Shown piece by piece: positions 20,238 through 30,395 of a DNA stretch of 64,000 bases; the stretch's first letter is position 1, and every line of letters starts with the position of its first letter. The notes beneath the pieces were generated by a model, which saw nothing but the letters and a program-made list of their open reading frames with translations, was not told the origin of the DNA and searched no databases. Made by a program: the position numbers and the translations under genes. The stretch spans positions 5,760,001 to 5,824,000 of the forward strand of contig OY760175.1 of NCBI GenBank assembly GCA_963663165.1. Direction: 5' to 3'. This DNA is from an uncultured Desulfospira sp. (lineage in GTDB: Bacteria; Desulfobacterota; Desulfobacteria; Desulfobacterales; Desulfobacteraceae).

Positions 20238-20544
20238 GCTATGGCTGTCGGGTATCTTTCGTAAAAATGTGAAAAAAAGTTCTTAAAGTATAACAAGTTT
20301 TACTTAAGTTTATAACATTTTTTTCTCTTTCATCGTTCCTCTTTGATGTGGGACGGCTTTGTTCTATTTGGCAACCGATTGAAATAAAAAGGTTATGTGG
20401 CGATTTTTCCGATTTGCGAAAATCCGGTATGTTTTTTGCACTTTAATGACGCGGGTGAAACAGATCACAAATGGTTCTGCCGGGTTTTTTTCGAATTTTA
20501 TGAAAGTTGCGCTCCTAACCCTTGTCAGAGAAAAGGACGGGTAA

Positions 20545-21291
20545 ATGGTGGTATACCGATTGAGCATGGTGGAAAAGGTATTGTGGGTGTTGGTGGCTAT
20601 TCCGGTTCTGGTTCTGGTCTTCAGTCTGATTGGACACCGGTTGGATGCGGCACGGGAACCGGCTGGTAATTTTCAGGCTGAGGCAAACCTGAAAGGTTCC
20701 ATGAGCGGTCTTGAGATCACCGACTACCAGGGCAGCCAGAAGCATTTGTCACTTAAAATTGATACCTTTGATATTACCAAACAAAAGATGGGCTTTCTGC
20801 GCCTGGGGTTTATGAAGATCGCCTGCTTTGAGGGGGTGGCCATTACCCTGTACGAGACGGATTTTCCCCGGGAAAAGACAGGCGGCCCGGCCAGCCTCAG
20901 TAATCATTCAGCCCCTGACGGGGTGGACCGGCTTTTGGAACGGGTCAATCAGTTAAAGGATCATCTTCCCGGCCATATAAAAGGGATTGAATTAAAGCGG
21001 GTAACCCTCAACCGTGTTAAAAACGGGACCTTCCGGTCTTCTGTTACCGCTGACAGGGCACGGATCAATCCCCGGAACAGGCAGTTTATTTTTAAAGGGA
21101 ATGTAGAGATTAACGGCATGGCGGGAAAACGGCTTTCCTGTGAGGAATTGACCTGGCAGCCCAACACCGGAAAACTTTTGACATCAAAGCGCTATGTGCT
21201 GGAAGACGGCCAGCGGAAAATACAGGGAACAGGCATTGAAACGGATTTTGAACTGATGGATATGACGATTGATAGCAGGAGGAACGGATGA
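20545..21291 (+). CDS. LptC-like membrane-anchored beta-jellyroll protein
   Basis: Single N-terminal TM. C-terminus resembles LptC/OstA (ADRARI, F.GNV.I, LSCEELTW, IQGTGIETD). Confidence 0.6.
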   Translation: MVVYRLSMVEKVLWVLVAIPVLVLVFSLIGHRLDAAREPAGNFQAEANLKGSMSGLEITDYQGSQKHLSLKIDTFDITKQKMGFLRLGFMKIACFEGVAITLYETDFPREKTGGPASLSNHSAPDGVDRLLERVNQLKDHLPGHIKGIELKRVTLNRVKNGTFRSSVTADRARINPRNRQFIFKGNVEINGMAGKRLSCEELTWQPNTGKLLTSKRYVLEDGQRKIQGTGIETDFELMDMTIDSRRNG

Positions 21292-23834
21292 GACATTTGA
21301 CGGCTAAGGGCATTGGGGTGGTAGTTGGCCTGGTTCTTTGTTTTGGGATGATGTTTTCAGGGGCTTTGTTGCCCCGGGCAGTGGCCTGGGACGGCTTAAC
21401 GTATGATTATGACTCCGCAGACATTGATGTGGACGGATTGGATTTATATCAATTTATCCAGATATTTAACCCAGGTGACACAGAGGCATTGGCCGGGTTT
21501 TCCGAAGGATTCGGCAGTGATCCCATTACGGTTGGCAGGGCGCTTCTGCCTTGCGATGCGGTTGATGCCAACCAGTGCTTTGGGAAAGCCGTTGCAGCTT
21601 CCACAGACCCGGATCCGGTTCTAAGAGCGTTTCATTCCGTAACCCGTATTATGGCATTGATCGATAACTCTGCACTCAATGGCTTGCTTACCGATCTCGG
21701 GGTATCAGAAGATGTCCGGACCCTGTGTGGATGGACGGCGGACTTTACCCGGGACGAAGCGGGTGATCCGGTTCTGCCCACAACCCTGCCGTCTACCGGG
21801 ACGGCCCTGAATACGGTGATCGACGCTCTTATGGCTGAGGTGCAGGGGGCACTGGACGAACTTTCCGGCATTGTTAATTCAGAAGAAGATCCGCTTAATA
21901 TCGTTCTGTGCGAAGAACTGGTCCTGCCCGAGGAGGCGGATTCCTGTGAAAAGATTGAGGTGGATTACGGGGACATTGCCCTTTACCGGGCTTTCCTCCA
22001 GGGGTTAAAGGCATTTTTGCTGATTCTGGATGCCTATGATCTGGACATCGCCCAAACCACCCAGTTGATTTCTGCTTTAGAGGCCGATAACTTCATCAGC
22101 ATTAACGATTATTTGTCCGTTAATACGGGCTTTCTGACACTGGATACGGAGAATGGGGCAACTCAGCTGACAGACGCTAAGGCGGCGCTCTACCTTGCCA
22201 TTGAGAGTTACAAGAAGGCGTCAGGCTTTATCCAGGCAGAAACCGATGACCAGGATAACGATCTGATTCAGTTTCCCGAAGAACAAGAGGAGATTGATAA
22301 TGAAGCGGAGTTTATGGCCGGACTTGAAAAAATTAAGTCAGCTCTTTCCGCTTCCACGGTTATTGACAGTGATGTGGGGATTTCCCTGGATCTGACCCAA
22401 TTTTTTGATTCAGCCCCTGATCTGCGGGGTTTCCTGCCCACCTTCACGAACACCAATGAGATCATTTGCGAAACAATTAACTCAACGCTTGGGGGTATTC
22501 TCACAGGGCTTAGCAACGACGATTGGGCCGAAATCCTGGAGATCCCAGTACTGGTATCCGGGACAGTTTCCCTGGCCGACGGCATTGGGGGCGGTGATGG
22601 GATCACCAGCATTATAGTCCAAGCTTATAACTGCTGGGGAGACGAACCGTCAGGTCTGGCCGACCTTCAATGGTGTTCTCAAGTGGGTTCCGTCTCCCTT
22701 TCTTCCGGTGGTGATTACGAAATGTCACTGAGTACGGAGTATGATGACGTGTGGATGATCGCATTCCTGGATACTGACGTTGATTCTGAACTGAGTCCCG
22801 GGGATGTTTATGGCGTTTATGGGGCGGTATCTACTGACGGTACTTGGGGGGAGTCTTTTGACGTAACTTCAGATAGCTGCGACGGCCCGGCCGGCATTAA
22901 TATATCTATTGGTAACATGACTACAGGGATAAAAGGCAGGGTCACCACTCTTGAAGATGGGATTGCCGTCCCCGTAACCGGTATCCAGATTAATATGTAT
23001 GACAGCGACAGCGAGTACGCTGGTTATATCACATCCGTGAAAACAGACAGTGACGGCTATTTCAGGATTGTCGAAATGTCAGATACCTCTGTTAAGCTGC
23101 ATGTTTCCAACAGCGGGGACCAGAATTTTATAATCGGGTGGTGGAACGAAACCGACGGGGAAATAACAGACAGCCGCAGTAAGGCAACATCTTTTAGTAC
23201 TGACGCCAGTGATGTCTTTGTTGATATCAGCCTTGAAAAAGGCGCGAGTATCTCAGGAACGGTTAAGACAACGGGCGGAAGCCCCATTCAAGACATCTGG
23301 GTATATGCCTGGGACTGGGATACCGGCGACTGGAAAGGAAATTCACTGACAGATTCCAACGGGGTGTATACCATTATCGGACTGGAAGCTGGAAACTACC
23401 GGTTGGAGACCATTCCGTCCCGGACTTATCTGTCCCAGTCCTATTCGGGCATGGTCGAGGTTACAGCCGGGGAGCCGAAAACCGGGATCGATTTTATTCT
23501 TGAAAGGGAAGGGACGATTACCGGAACAGTAACCTTGACAGGTGACAGTGGCGCATCTTTAACAGACGTGGAAATTACAGCGTTTAATGTTGCAAGCGGA
23601 GAGTTTGCTTCATGGACGTCCGTGGAATCGGACGGGACTTATACCCTTTCAGGCTTGTCTTCGGGGGGGTACAAAATAGGCGCCTCTTACTATCCAGCTG
23701 TGTATACCGTTGCACCTGAGTATTACAAAGAAAAAGATAACTATGATGATGCCACCCCGGTTGACGTTGAAGAAGGAGAAACTGTAGAAGGGATTAATTT
23801 TGATCTGAAGGTGACTTCAACTTCGGCCCAATAG
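21288..23834 (+). CDS. Secreted acidic surface protein: N-terminal dockerin-like motif, helical region, carboxypeptidase-regulatory/CnaB-like repeats
   Basis: Signal peptide, DIDVDGLDL...LAGFSEGFG, repeated GxISGTV...TDSNGVYTI.GL.AGNY...GIDF.L modules. Confidence 0.8.
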   Translation: MRHLTAKGIGVVVGLVLCFGMMFSGALLPRAVAWDGLTYDYDSADIDVDGLDLYQFIQIFNPGDTEALAGFSEGFGSDPITVGRALLPCDAVDANQCFGKAVAASTDPDPVLRAFHSVTRIMALIDNSALNGLLTDLGVSEDVRTLCGWTADFTRDEAGDPVLPTTLPSTGTALNTVIDALMAEVQGALDELSGIVNSEEDPLNIVLCEELVLPEEADSCEKIEVDYGDIALYRAFLQGLKAFLLILDAYDLDIAQTTQLISALEADNFISINDYLSVNTGFLTLDTENGATQLTDAKAALYLAIESYKKASGFIQAETDDQDNDLIQFPEEQEEIDNEAEFMAGLEKIKSALSASTVIDSDVGISLDLTQFFDSAPDLRGFLPTFTNTNEIICETINSTLGGILTGLSNDDWAEILEIPVLVSGTVSLADGIGGGDGITSIIVQAYNCWGDEPSGLADLQWCSQVGSVSLSSGGDYEMSLSTEYDDVWMIAFLDTDVDSELSPGDVYGVYGAVSTDGTWGESFDVTSDSCDGPAGINISIGNMTTGIKGRVTTLEDGIAVPVTGIQINMYDSDSEYAGYITSVKTDSDGYFRIVEMSDTSVKLHVSNSGDQNFIIGWWNETDGEITDSRSKATSFSTDASDVFVDISLEKGASISGTVKTTGGSPIQDIWVYAWDWDTGDWKGNSLTDSNGVYTIIGLEAGNYRLETIPSRTYLSQSYSGMVEVTAGEPKTGIDFILEREGTITGTVTLTGDSGASLTDVEITAFNVASGEFASWTSVESDGTYTLSGLSSGGYKIGASYYPAVYTVAPEYYKEKDNYDDATPVDVEEGETVEGINFDLKVTSTSAQ

Positions 23835-23877
23835 TGCCCTGAGCCTCGAAAAGAACCTAAATTCCTGCCCTGACCCG

Positions 23878-23940
23878 GTGACAGATGGGAAAGTGAGAAA
23901 GTGAGGTGAGGGCCGGAAGGCCGGTGAGAATTTGAGTTGG
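23878..23940 (+). repeat. Degenerate octamer array
   Basis: atgggaaa gtgagaaa gtgag...ccggtgagaa, downstream of the 21288-23834 gene. Confidence 0.55.
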
Positions 23941-23948
23941 TGACAATC

Positions 23949-24088
23949 CGGGTATTTTTTATGCGCTTTGGGTTACAGGTGTGTAAAAAATACCCGTTTT
24001 TTTGTGGCGGGTTTATGGCCTTGAAAAAATAATTTTCTTTATTTCAGATGCTTAGAAAAAACAGGGGCGGTCCGGAACATATTTTGCT
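23949..24088 (+). promoter_or_regulatory. Putative sigma54 promoter with upstream palindrome
   Basis: CGGAACATATTTTGCT (GG-N10-GC at 24074-24087), inverted repeat cgggtatttttta...taaaaaatacccg (23949-23996), and an IHF-like tttcagatgctta between them. Confidence 0.55.
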
Positions 24089-24157
24089 CACATTTTATTT
24101 GACTGAATTTATGTGGGTAAAAAAGTAAGGCTGGGTGAGCGGGAGCGCATTTTCCGG

Positions 24158-24185
24158 TTGACAATTAACGGTTTCCGGTTAATCT
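24158..24185 (+). promoter_or_regulatory. Putative sigma70 promoter of the RND operon
   Basis: TTGACA-16 bp-TAATCT. Confidence 0.45.
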
Positions 24186-24194
24186 GGTGCTTTC

Positions 24195-25670
24195 ATGAGA
24201 TGTTCCATTATTTTTTTAGGTATGAGGATGAACCCTTTTTTATTGCTGGCTCTTCTGGTCTGCCTGATGACAACCGGGTGTAAGACCCTGGCCCCTGAAC
24301 CCGCTGTTCAACTGCCCCTGGAACTGCCCGGTGCCTACGTCTTTCAGGCCGATGCTTCCGGGGTGGAATCGCCTGGGGAAACGGCCCGGGAGTGGTGGCT
24401 TAAAATGGACCGCCCGGAGCTCAATGCCCTGATTGAACAGGGGATTGAGGGCAACCATAACCTTAAGGTGCTGTCGGCCCGGGTGGACCAGGCCCGGGCA
24501 AGCCTGAAAAAGGAAAGCGCCGGCCTGAAGCCGGGCCTGGATTATTCCTTTGGCGGGGAAAAGGATTATACAAGGACCCAGTCCGGTAAAAGCCAGGGGG
24601 GGGCATATGCCAATTCCCATTCCTGGGACGCCTCTCTTTCCGGGTCCTATACCGTGGATGCCTGGGGTCAGATAAAGGCCCAGGTAAGCGCCCGGGACCT
24701 GACCCTTGAAGCGGCCGTAAGGGATCTCAATGATGCGGTTCTGGAACTTGCCTGTGATATCTCCAAAACCTGGGTGGACATCATCAGCGCCAGAAAACGC
24801 AAGGCCATCCTGGCAAGCCAGATCCAATTCAACCAGACCAGCCTCGAATTGCTTAAACTCATGTTTTTAAATGGGAAGGCCAGCGCCCTTGACGTATCCC
24901 AGCAGCGGGAGTCCTTAGCCCAGGTGCTGGCCCTGGAGCCTTTGCTGGAACAGGAAGAGGCGCTGCTGCTCAACGAGCTGGCCTTTATGACCGGCACCAC
25001 GCCAGGCCGCATTTTGCCGGTTCAGGCCAGTGAACTGCCGCCCCCTCTGATGCCCGAAAATCCCGGCGTTCCGGCCGATCTTCTGGAAAATCGGGCCGAT
25101 ATCCAAGCGGCCCGGTTAAGGCTGTTATCCTCCCAGTCGGATGTGGCAGCGGCCAAGGCCGATATTTTGCCTTCCTTTACCCTTACGGCCAGGGCCGTTT
25201 TTTCTTCGGGCCGGCTGGAGATGCTGTTCCATAACTGGGCCGCAAGCCTGGGGGCTGCGGTGGCCGGTTCTCTTTTGGACGGGGGTGAGAAAAAGGCCGA
25301 GGTGGAACGGGTCCGGGCGGAAGTCAAAGAAAACCTGCACCTTTATGCCCAGACCGTGGCCCAGGCCATCCGGGAAGTGGAGGATGCCCTGGTGACCATG
25401 GACCGGCAAAAGGCCTATATTACGCGGTTGGAAGAGGAGCTTTCAGCGGCCCGGCTGACCCTTGGGGATGCCCGGATCCAGTATCTCAACGGCCAGAGCG
25501 ATTATTTGAGTGTCCTGACCGCCCGGCTTGCCATTGAAGGGCTTGAGCGGCAGCTGGTGGGGGAGCGGGCCTCGCTGATTAAGGAAGAGATTGGGTTTTA
25601 CCGGGTGCTGGGGAGCCGGTGGGAAGGTGGGCAGGTGGGAAAGTGGGAAAGTGGGCAGGTGAGAAAGTGA
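24195..25670 (+). CDS. TolC/NodT-family efflux outer membrane lipoprotein
   Basis: Lipobox TTGC, WW...DRPELNALI...NHNL, PADLLENRADI..A. The true start may be a downstream Met. Confidence 0.92.
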   Translation: MRCSIIFLGMRMNPFLLLALLVCLMTTGCKTLAPEPAVQLPLELPGAYVFQADASGVESPGETAREWWLKMDRPELNALIEQGIEGNHNLKVLSARVDQARASLKKESAGLKPGLDYSFGGEKDYTRTQSGKSQGGAYANSHSWDASLSGSYTVDAWGQIKAQVSARDLTLEAAVRDLNDAVLELACDISKTWVDIISARKRKAILASQIQFNQTSLELLKLMFLNGKASALDVSQQRESLAQVLALEPLLEQEEALLLNELAFMTGTTPGRILPVQASELPPPLMPENPGVPADLLENRADIQAARLRLLSSQSDVAAAKADILPSFTLTARAVFSSGRLEMLFHNWAASLGAAVAGSLLDGGEKKAEVERVRAEVKENLHLYAQTVAQAIREVEDALVTMDRQKAYITRLEEELSAARLTLGDARIQYLNGQSDYLSVLTARLAIEGLERQLVGERASLIKEEIGFYRVLGSRWEGGQVGKWESGQVRK

Positions 25671-25762
25671 GAAAGTGGGAAAGTGGGAAAGTGGGCAGGT
25701 GAGAAAGTGAGAAAGTGAGAAAGTGGGAAAGTGAGAAAGTGAGCCGGTGGGAGAGTGAGCTG
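25611..25762 (+). repeat. Octamer tandem array, 19 units, overlapping the TolC-family stop codon
   Basis: Uninterrupted 8 bp period of gtgggaaa/gtgagaaa/gtgggcag units. Confidence 0.92.
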
Positions 25763-25869
25763 GTGTGGGGTTTGGTAAATTTCGAATTGGGATTGGGGAT
25801 AAAAGACTGAAAACTTTGGGGTAGACAGGATATAAAGATCCTTCAGCCTAACCCCCTAATCCAAGGAGC

Positions 25870-27030
25870 TTGGTATTGAGACTGTTAATTAAAATTTTGC
25901 TGCCGGTTTGCCTGATTGCTGCCGGGGTGGCCGGATTTAAGTACTATGAGTCCCAGAAAGTGAAGATGAAACGCAAACCCCCCAGGCAGCAGATGTCTGT
26001 GGTGGATACGGTGAGTGTGATGCCCGGTACCCACGAAACCCTGGTCCAGGCCATGGGCACGGTGGTTCCGGACCGGACCGTGGTCCTTAAGGCCCGGGTG
26101 GCAGGGGAAGTGGTCTGGACGGCGCCCGGGTTTGTTGAGGGCGGCCTGGTGAAAAAAGGGGAAACCCTGGTCCGGCTGGACGATACCGATTACCGGCTGG
26201 AAATGGAAAAGGCCCAGAATGCCCTGGATAAAGCCCTGGCCGATTTTGATATTGAAAAGGGGCAGCAGCAGATTGCCATAGAAGAATTAAAAATTATTAC
26301 CAAACTCTCCCCTGAGGGGATCGGCTCCACGGATCTGGCCTTGAGAAAACCCCAGCTGGCCCAGGCAAAGGCGGCGGTGGCCGGGGCCAAAACCGATCTT
26401 GAAAAGACTCGGCTGGATTTGAGCCGGACCCGGATTGTCTCTCCGTTCAATGCCCTGGTTCTGGAAAAAAATGTGGAAACCGGGTCTCTGGCCGCCGTTC
26501 AAGGGACCCTGGCCACCCTGGTGAATGTGGATATCTACCGGGTGGAAGCCCGGGTTCCCTTAGACCGGCTTTCTGTTTTAAATTTTGACGGGAAACAGGG
26601 CAGCGAGGCTTTGGTTTTTTCCGAAAATGAGACCCGCAGCCGGGCCGGCCGGGTGGTCAGGGCCACGGGCAGCATCACCGGCGAGGGCCGCATGGCCGGG
26701 GTGATTATTGAGGTGGCTGACCCCCTATGGCTTGATAAAGGGCATCCTGACCCGGGGCTGCTGCTGGACGATCATGTCACGGTCCGGATTACAGGAAAGG
26801 CCTTTGAAAATGTCTATCCCCTGGCCCGGTCCCTGATCCGGGAGGGCGGCACGGTCTGGATATACGATGCCGGGAAGCTTAAAATCAAAACCGTCGACAT
26901 TGTCTGGAAGGAAACCGACCGGGTGTTTGTCCGGTCAGGCCTGAACCCCGGAGACCAGGTGATTTCTTCAGAACTTCCGGCCCCGGTTGAGGGCATGCCC
27001 ATTCAACTGGCCCAGGGAGAAAAGTCGTGA
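25870..27030 (+). CDS. RND efflux periplasmic adaptor (membrane fusion protein)
   Basis: N-terminal TM, GTVVP...ARVAGEV, G..VKKGETLV.LD, RTRIVSPFNA, GLNPGDQVI. Confidence 0.92.
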   Translation: MVLRLLIKILLPVCLIAAGVAGFKYYESQKVKMKRKPPRQQMSVVDTVSVMPGTHETLVQAMGTVVPDRTVVLKARVAGEVVWTAPGFVEGGLVKKGETLVRLDDTDYRLEMEKAQNALDKALADFDIEKGQQQIAIEELKIITKLSPEGIGSTDLALRKPQLAQAKAAVAGAKTDLEKTRLDLSRTRIVSPFNALVLEKNVETGSLAAVQGTLATLVNVDIYRVEARVPLDRLSVLNFDGKQGSEALVFSENETRSRAGRVVRATGSITGEGRMAGVIIEVADPLWLDKGHPDPGLLLDDHVTVRITGKAFENVYPLARSLIREGGTVWIYDAGKLKIKTVDIVWKETDRVFVRSGLNPGDQVISSELPAPVEGMPIQLAQGEKS

Positions 27031-30000
27031 CCGCCCAAATTCAGGACACAGAATCCCGGGGACCCATTGCCTGGATGGCCGGCAATTCCGTGGCGGCCAA
27101 CCTGCTCATGGCCGCTTTGCTGGTGGGCGGCCTTTTCGTGGGCCTTTCCATTAAACAGGAGGTTTTTCCTGAATTTGACCTGGACAGGGTCAGTATCTCC
27201 ATTTCCTATCCCGGGGCCAGTCCCGAGGAGGTGGAAAACGGCATTATCCTGGCCGTGGAAGAGGCGGTCCAGGATTTGGAAGGCATAGACGAAATTACGG
27301 CCACAGCGTCGGAAGGGTCTGCCTTCATTGTGGTGGAAGCTCTGGAAGGAACGGAAATCAACCGGCTGTGGCAGGAGGTTAAAGCGGAGGTGGACCGGAT
27401 CGGAACCTTCCCCGATGAGGCCGAAGACCCTGTGGTCACCATTGCGGCCAGGAAGCGGGAAGTGGTCCGCCTGGCCCTGCACGGGGATGCGCCGGAAACC
27501 ACCATGCGGGAGCTGGCCGACCAGATCCGGGATGAACTGCTCCTGAACAAGGACATCACCCAGGTGGAGCTTGAAGGGGTCCGGGACCGGGAGATTCACG
27601 TGGAGTTTTCCAGTACCACCCTGAGGCGGTACGGCCTGACCCTGGATGATGTGGCCCAGGCCATTTCAAAGGCTTCCGTGGAGTTAGGGGGCGGTACCAT
27701 TAAATCCAAGAGCGGGGATATTCTGCTCCGGGTCAAGGACCGGAAGGATTTTGCCCTTCAGTACGCCAAGCTGCCCATCATTACCGGAGAGGACGGCACC
27801 AAAATTCTTCTGGAGGATATCGCAACGGTCAGCGAAGGATTTGAGGAGTCGGAACACTGGGCCTCTTTTGACGGCAAACGGGCCGTGACCATTGCCGTAT
27901 ACCGGGTGGGCGACCAGACCCCGACCCAGGTGGCCAAAGCCACCAAAGAAGCAGTCCAGAATATTGACGCATCTCTGCCTCAGGGGGTAGGGCTGGACAT
28001 TGTCCGTGACATGTCCAAGGTATTTGCCCAGCGGGCGGACCTGCTGCTCCGGAACGCCTACCTGGGGCTGGGGCTGGTGTTTTTCTTTCTGGCGTTATTC
28101 CTGGAAATCCGGCTGGCCTTCTGGGTGAGCCTTGGTATTCCTATTTCTTTTCTGGGCTCTTTTCTGCTGCTGGCCCCCACCGCCTTTTCCATTAACATGA
28201 TCAGCATGTTTGCCTTTATCGTGACCTTGGGAATCGTGGTGGACGATGCCGTGGTGGTGGGAGAAAATGTCCACTATTACCGGGGCCAGGGCCTGTCCTT
28301 TCTGGACGCCGCCATAAAGGGTGCCCGGGACATTGCCGTGCCTGTGGTGTTCAGCGTGATCACCAATATGGTGACCTTTGTTCCGTTGATGTTTATTCCA
28401 GGCATCATGGGAAAGATTTTCAAGACCATTCCCTTTGTGGTGATTGCCGTGTTTGCCGTCTCCCTTGTGGAAAGCCTGTTTATCCTGCCGGCCCATCTGA
28501 GCCATCAAAAACGGCATACGTTTTTTCCCTTGAATGTGCTTGAAAAATGGCAGGGCGCATTTTCCCGGGGATTTGAAACCCTGGTCAAAAACGTGTACGG
28601 TACGGTTCTGCTAAGGGTTTTAGAGTTCCGGTATGCCATGATCAGCCTTGGCATTGCCTTGCTGCTGGTGACGGCCGGGTATGTGGCTTCCGGAAAAATG
28701 GGCATGGTCATGTTTCCCAAAGCCGAGTCTGATTATGCCTACTGTGAGGCCGAACTCCCCTATGGCACGCCTGAAAGCCGGCTAAGGGAGATTGAAAAGA
28801 CCCTGGTGGACCAGGCCGTGAAAGTGGTGGCGCAAAACGGGGGGCAAACCCTGTCCACAGGGATTTTTTCCCAGGTGAAAGACAACCAGGTCACGGCCCG
28901 GATTTATTTGACCGATCCCGGGGTCAGGCCCAAAAGCACCGAAGAAGTCACCCGGGTCTGGCGGGAAAAAGTAGGCCGGGTCCCCGGGCTTGAAACCATT
29001 TCATTTGAGTCCAACCGGGGCGGCCCCGGCTCCGGAAAGAACCTGACGGTAAGCTTGAGCCACCGGAACCAGGCCACCCTGGAAAGGGCAGGGCAGGACC
29101 TGGCAGAGAGTCTTGACGAGTACGCCATTGTCCATGATATTGACGACGGATCTGCCAAGGGAAAACGGCAGTTTGACATTACCTTGACCGAGGCCGGTAA
29201 GCGCATGGGCTTAACCTCCCGGGAGGTGGCAAGCCAGGTTCGGTACGCCTTTCAGGGGGTGGAGGCGGTCAAGAACCAGCGGGGCAGAAACGAGGTAACG
29301 GTCCGGGTCAGGCTCAGCAAGGAAGAACGGGGATCAGAGGCCACCTTTGAAGACCTGGTCCTCCAGGCCCCTGAAGGGGAAATCCTGCTCAGGGACGCAG
29401 TTAAAACCATAAAGGGGCGGGCCTATACCAGTATTGAACGAACCAACGGGAAACGGGAAATCCAGGTGACGGCCAATGTCCGTCCCCAGTCCCAGGCCGA
29501 CAATGTGATCCGGGATATGAAAGAGCAGATCCTGCCCGATCTGGTCAGTCGGTATCCCGGCCTGTCCTATGATTTCAAAGGAAGGCAGGCCGAGATCAAG
29601 GAGAGCGTCACCGCCCTGATCAAGGGGCTCGGACTTGCCCTGCTCTGTGTGTTTGCCCTGCTGGCCGTGCCCTTTAAAAGTTATCTTCAGCCCTTTATCA
29701 TTATGTTCTGTGTTCCCTTTGGCATGATCGGGGCCATTTTCGGCCACATCCTCATGGGATATTCTTTGTCCGTAATGAGCCTGTTCGGCCTGGTGGCCAT
29801 GTCCGGGGTGGTGGTCAACGATTCATTGGTCCTCATCGATTTTGCGAACCGGCGGATCAGAGAGGGCATGCCGGTGGTTTTTGCGGTCCAGGCCGCGGGA
29901 ATCCAGCGGTTTCGTCCCATTCTTTTGACCACCTTGACCACCTGCGGCGGCCTTGCCCCCATCATTACGGAAACCTCAAGACAGGCCAAATTCCTGATTC

Positions 30001-30113
30001 CCATGGCCATCTCCCTGGGGTTCGGCATTCTGTTTGCCACGGTGATTACCCTGCTGATGGTGCCCTGTCTTTATTTGATTTTGGAGGATCTTAAGGCGCT
30101 TTTTGAAGGATGA
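27027..30113 (+). CDS. RND efflux permease, AcrB/AcrD/AcrF family
   Basis: 1028 aa; GIVVDDAVVVGEN, GVVVNDSLV, RFRPILLTTLTT. Confidence 0.95.
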   Translation: MTAQIQDTESRGPIAWMAGNSVAANLLMAALLVGGLFVGLSIKQEVFPEFDLDRVSISISYPGASPEEVENGIILAVEEAVQDLEGIDEITATASEGSAFIVVEALEGTEINRLWQEVKAEVDRIGTFPDEAEDPVVTIAARKREVVRLALHGDAPETTMRELADQIRDELLLNKDITQVELEGVRDREIHVEFSSTTLRRYGLTLDDVAQAISKASVELGGGTIKSKSGDILLRVKDRKDFALQYAKLPIITGEDGTKILLEDIATVSEGFEESEHWASFDGKRAVTIAVYRVGDQTPTQVAKATKEAVQNIDASLPQGVGLDIVRDMSKVFAQRADLLLRNAYLGLGLVFFFLALFLEIRLAFWVSLGIPISFLGSFLLLAPTAFSINMISMFAFIVTLGIVVDDAVVVGENVHYYRGQGLSFLDAAIKGARDIAVPVVFSVITNMVTFVPLMFIPGIMGKIFKTIPFVVIAVFAVSLVESLFILPAHLSHQKRHTFFPLNVLEKWQGAFSRGFETLVKNVYGTVLLRVLEFRYAMISLGIALLLVTAGYVASGKMGMVMFPKAESDYAYCEAELPYGTPESRLREIEKTLVDQAVKVVAQNGGQTLSTGIFSQVKDNQVTARIYLTDPGVRPKSTEEVTRVWREKVGRVPGLETISFESNRGGPGSGKNLTVSLSHRNQATLERAGQDLAESLDEYAIVHDIDDGSAKGKRQFDITLTEAGKRMGLTSREVASQVRYAFQGVEAVKNQRGRNEVTVRVRLSKEERGSEATFEDLVLQAPEGEILLRDAVKTIKGRAYTSIERTNGKREIQVTANVRPQSQADNVIRDMKEQILPDLVSRYPGLSYDFKGRQAEIKESVTALIKGLGLALLCVFALLAVPFKSYLQPFIIMFCVPFGMIGAIFGHILMGYSLSVMSLFGLVAMSGVVVNDSLVLIDFANRRIREGMPVVFAVQAAGIQRFRPILLTTLTTCGGLAPIITETSRQAKFLIPMAISLGFGILFATVITLLMVPCLYLILEDLKALFEG

Positions 30114-30117
30114 AAAG

Positions 30118-30180
30118 GCGATAGCGGGAGGGATGGGGTGGCCTCCGTCGCTATCGCTATCGGGATCGCTATCGCTATCG
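30118..30180. repeat. TCGCTA hexamer repeat with a short inverted arm
   Basis: gcgatagcg...tcgctatcgctatcgggatcgctatcgctatcg, directly after the permease stop. Confidence 0.75.
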
Positions 30181-30395
30181 AAAAAGATAAAAAGAACATT
30201 CTGGCATAAACGGGGTTTAGCCATGCCCGTGTCTGTCCGTATTTTCCCCTTTTCCACATATTTGCAGTAGGTATCGCTTTTTGTAAGGGTATTTTAGGCC
30301 TAACCAAATTTGAATTTGAATATTTTCCCAAAGTCGGTTATTTAATTAAGGTTCGACCCTTAGGATAACTCATTAAAATCATTAAGGAGGAGCCC

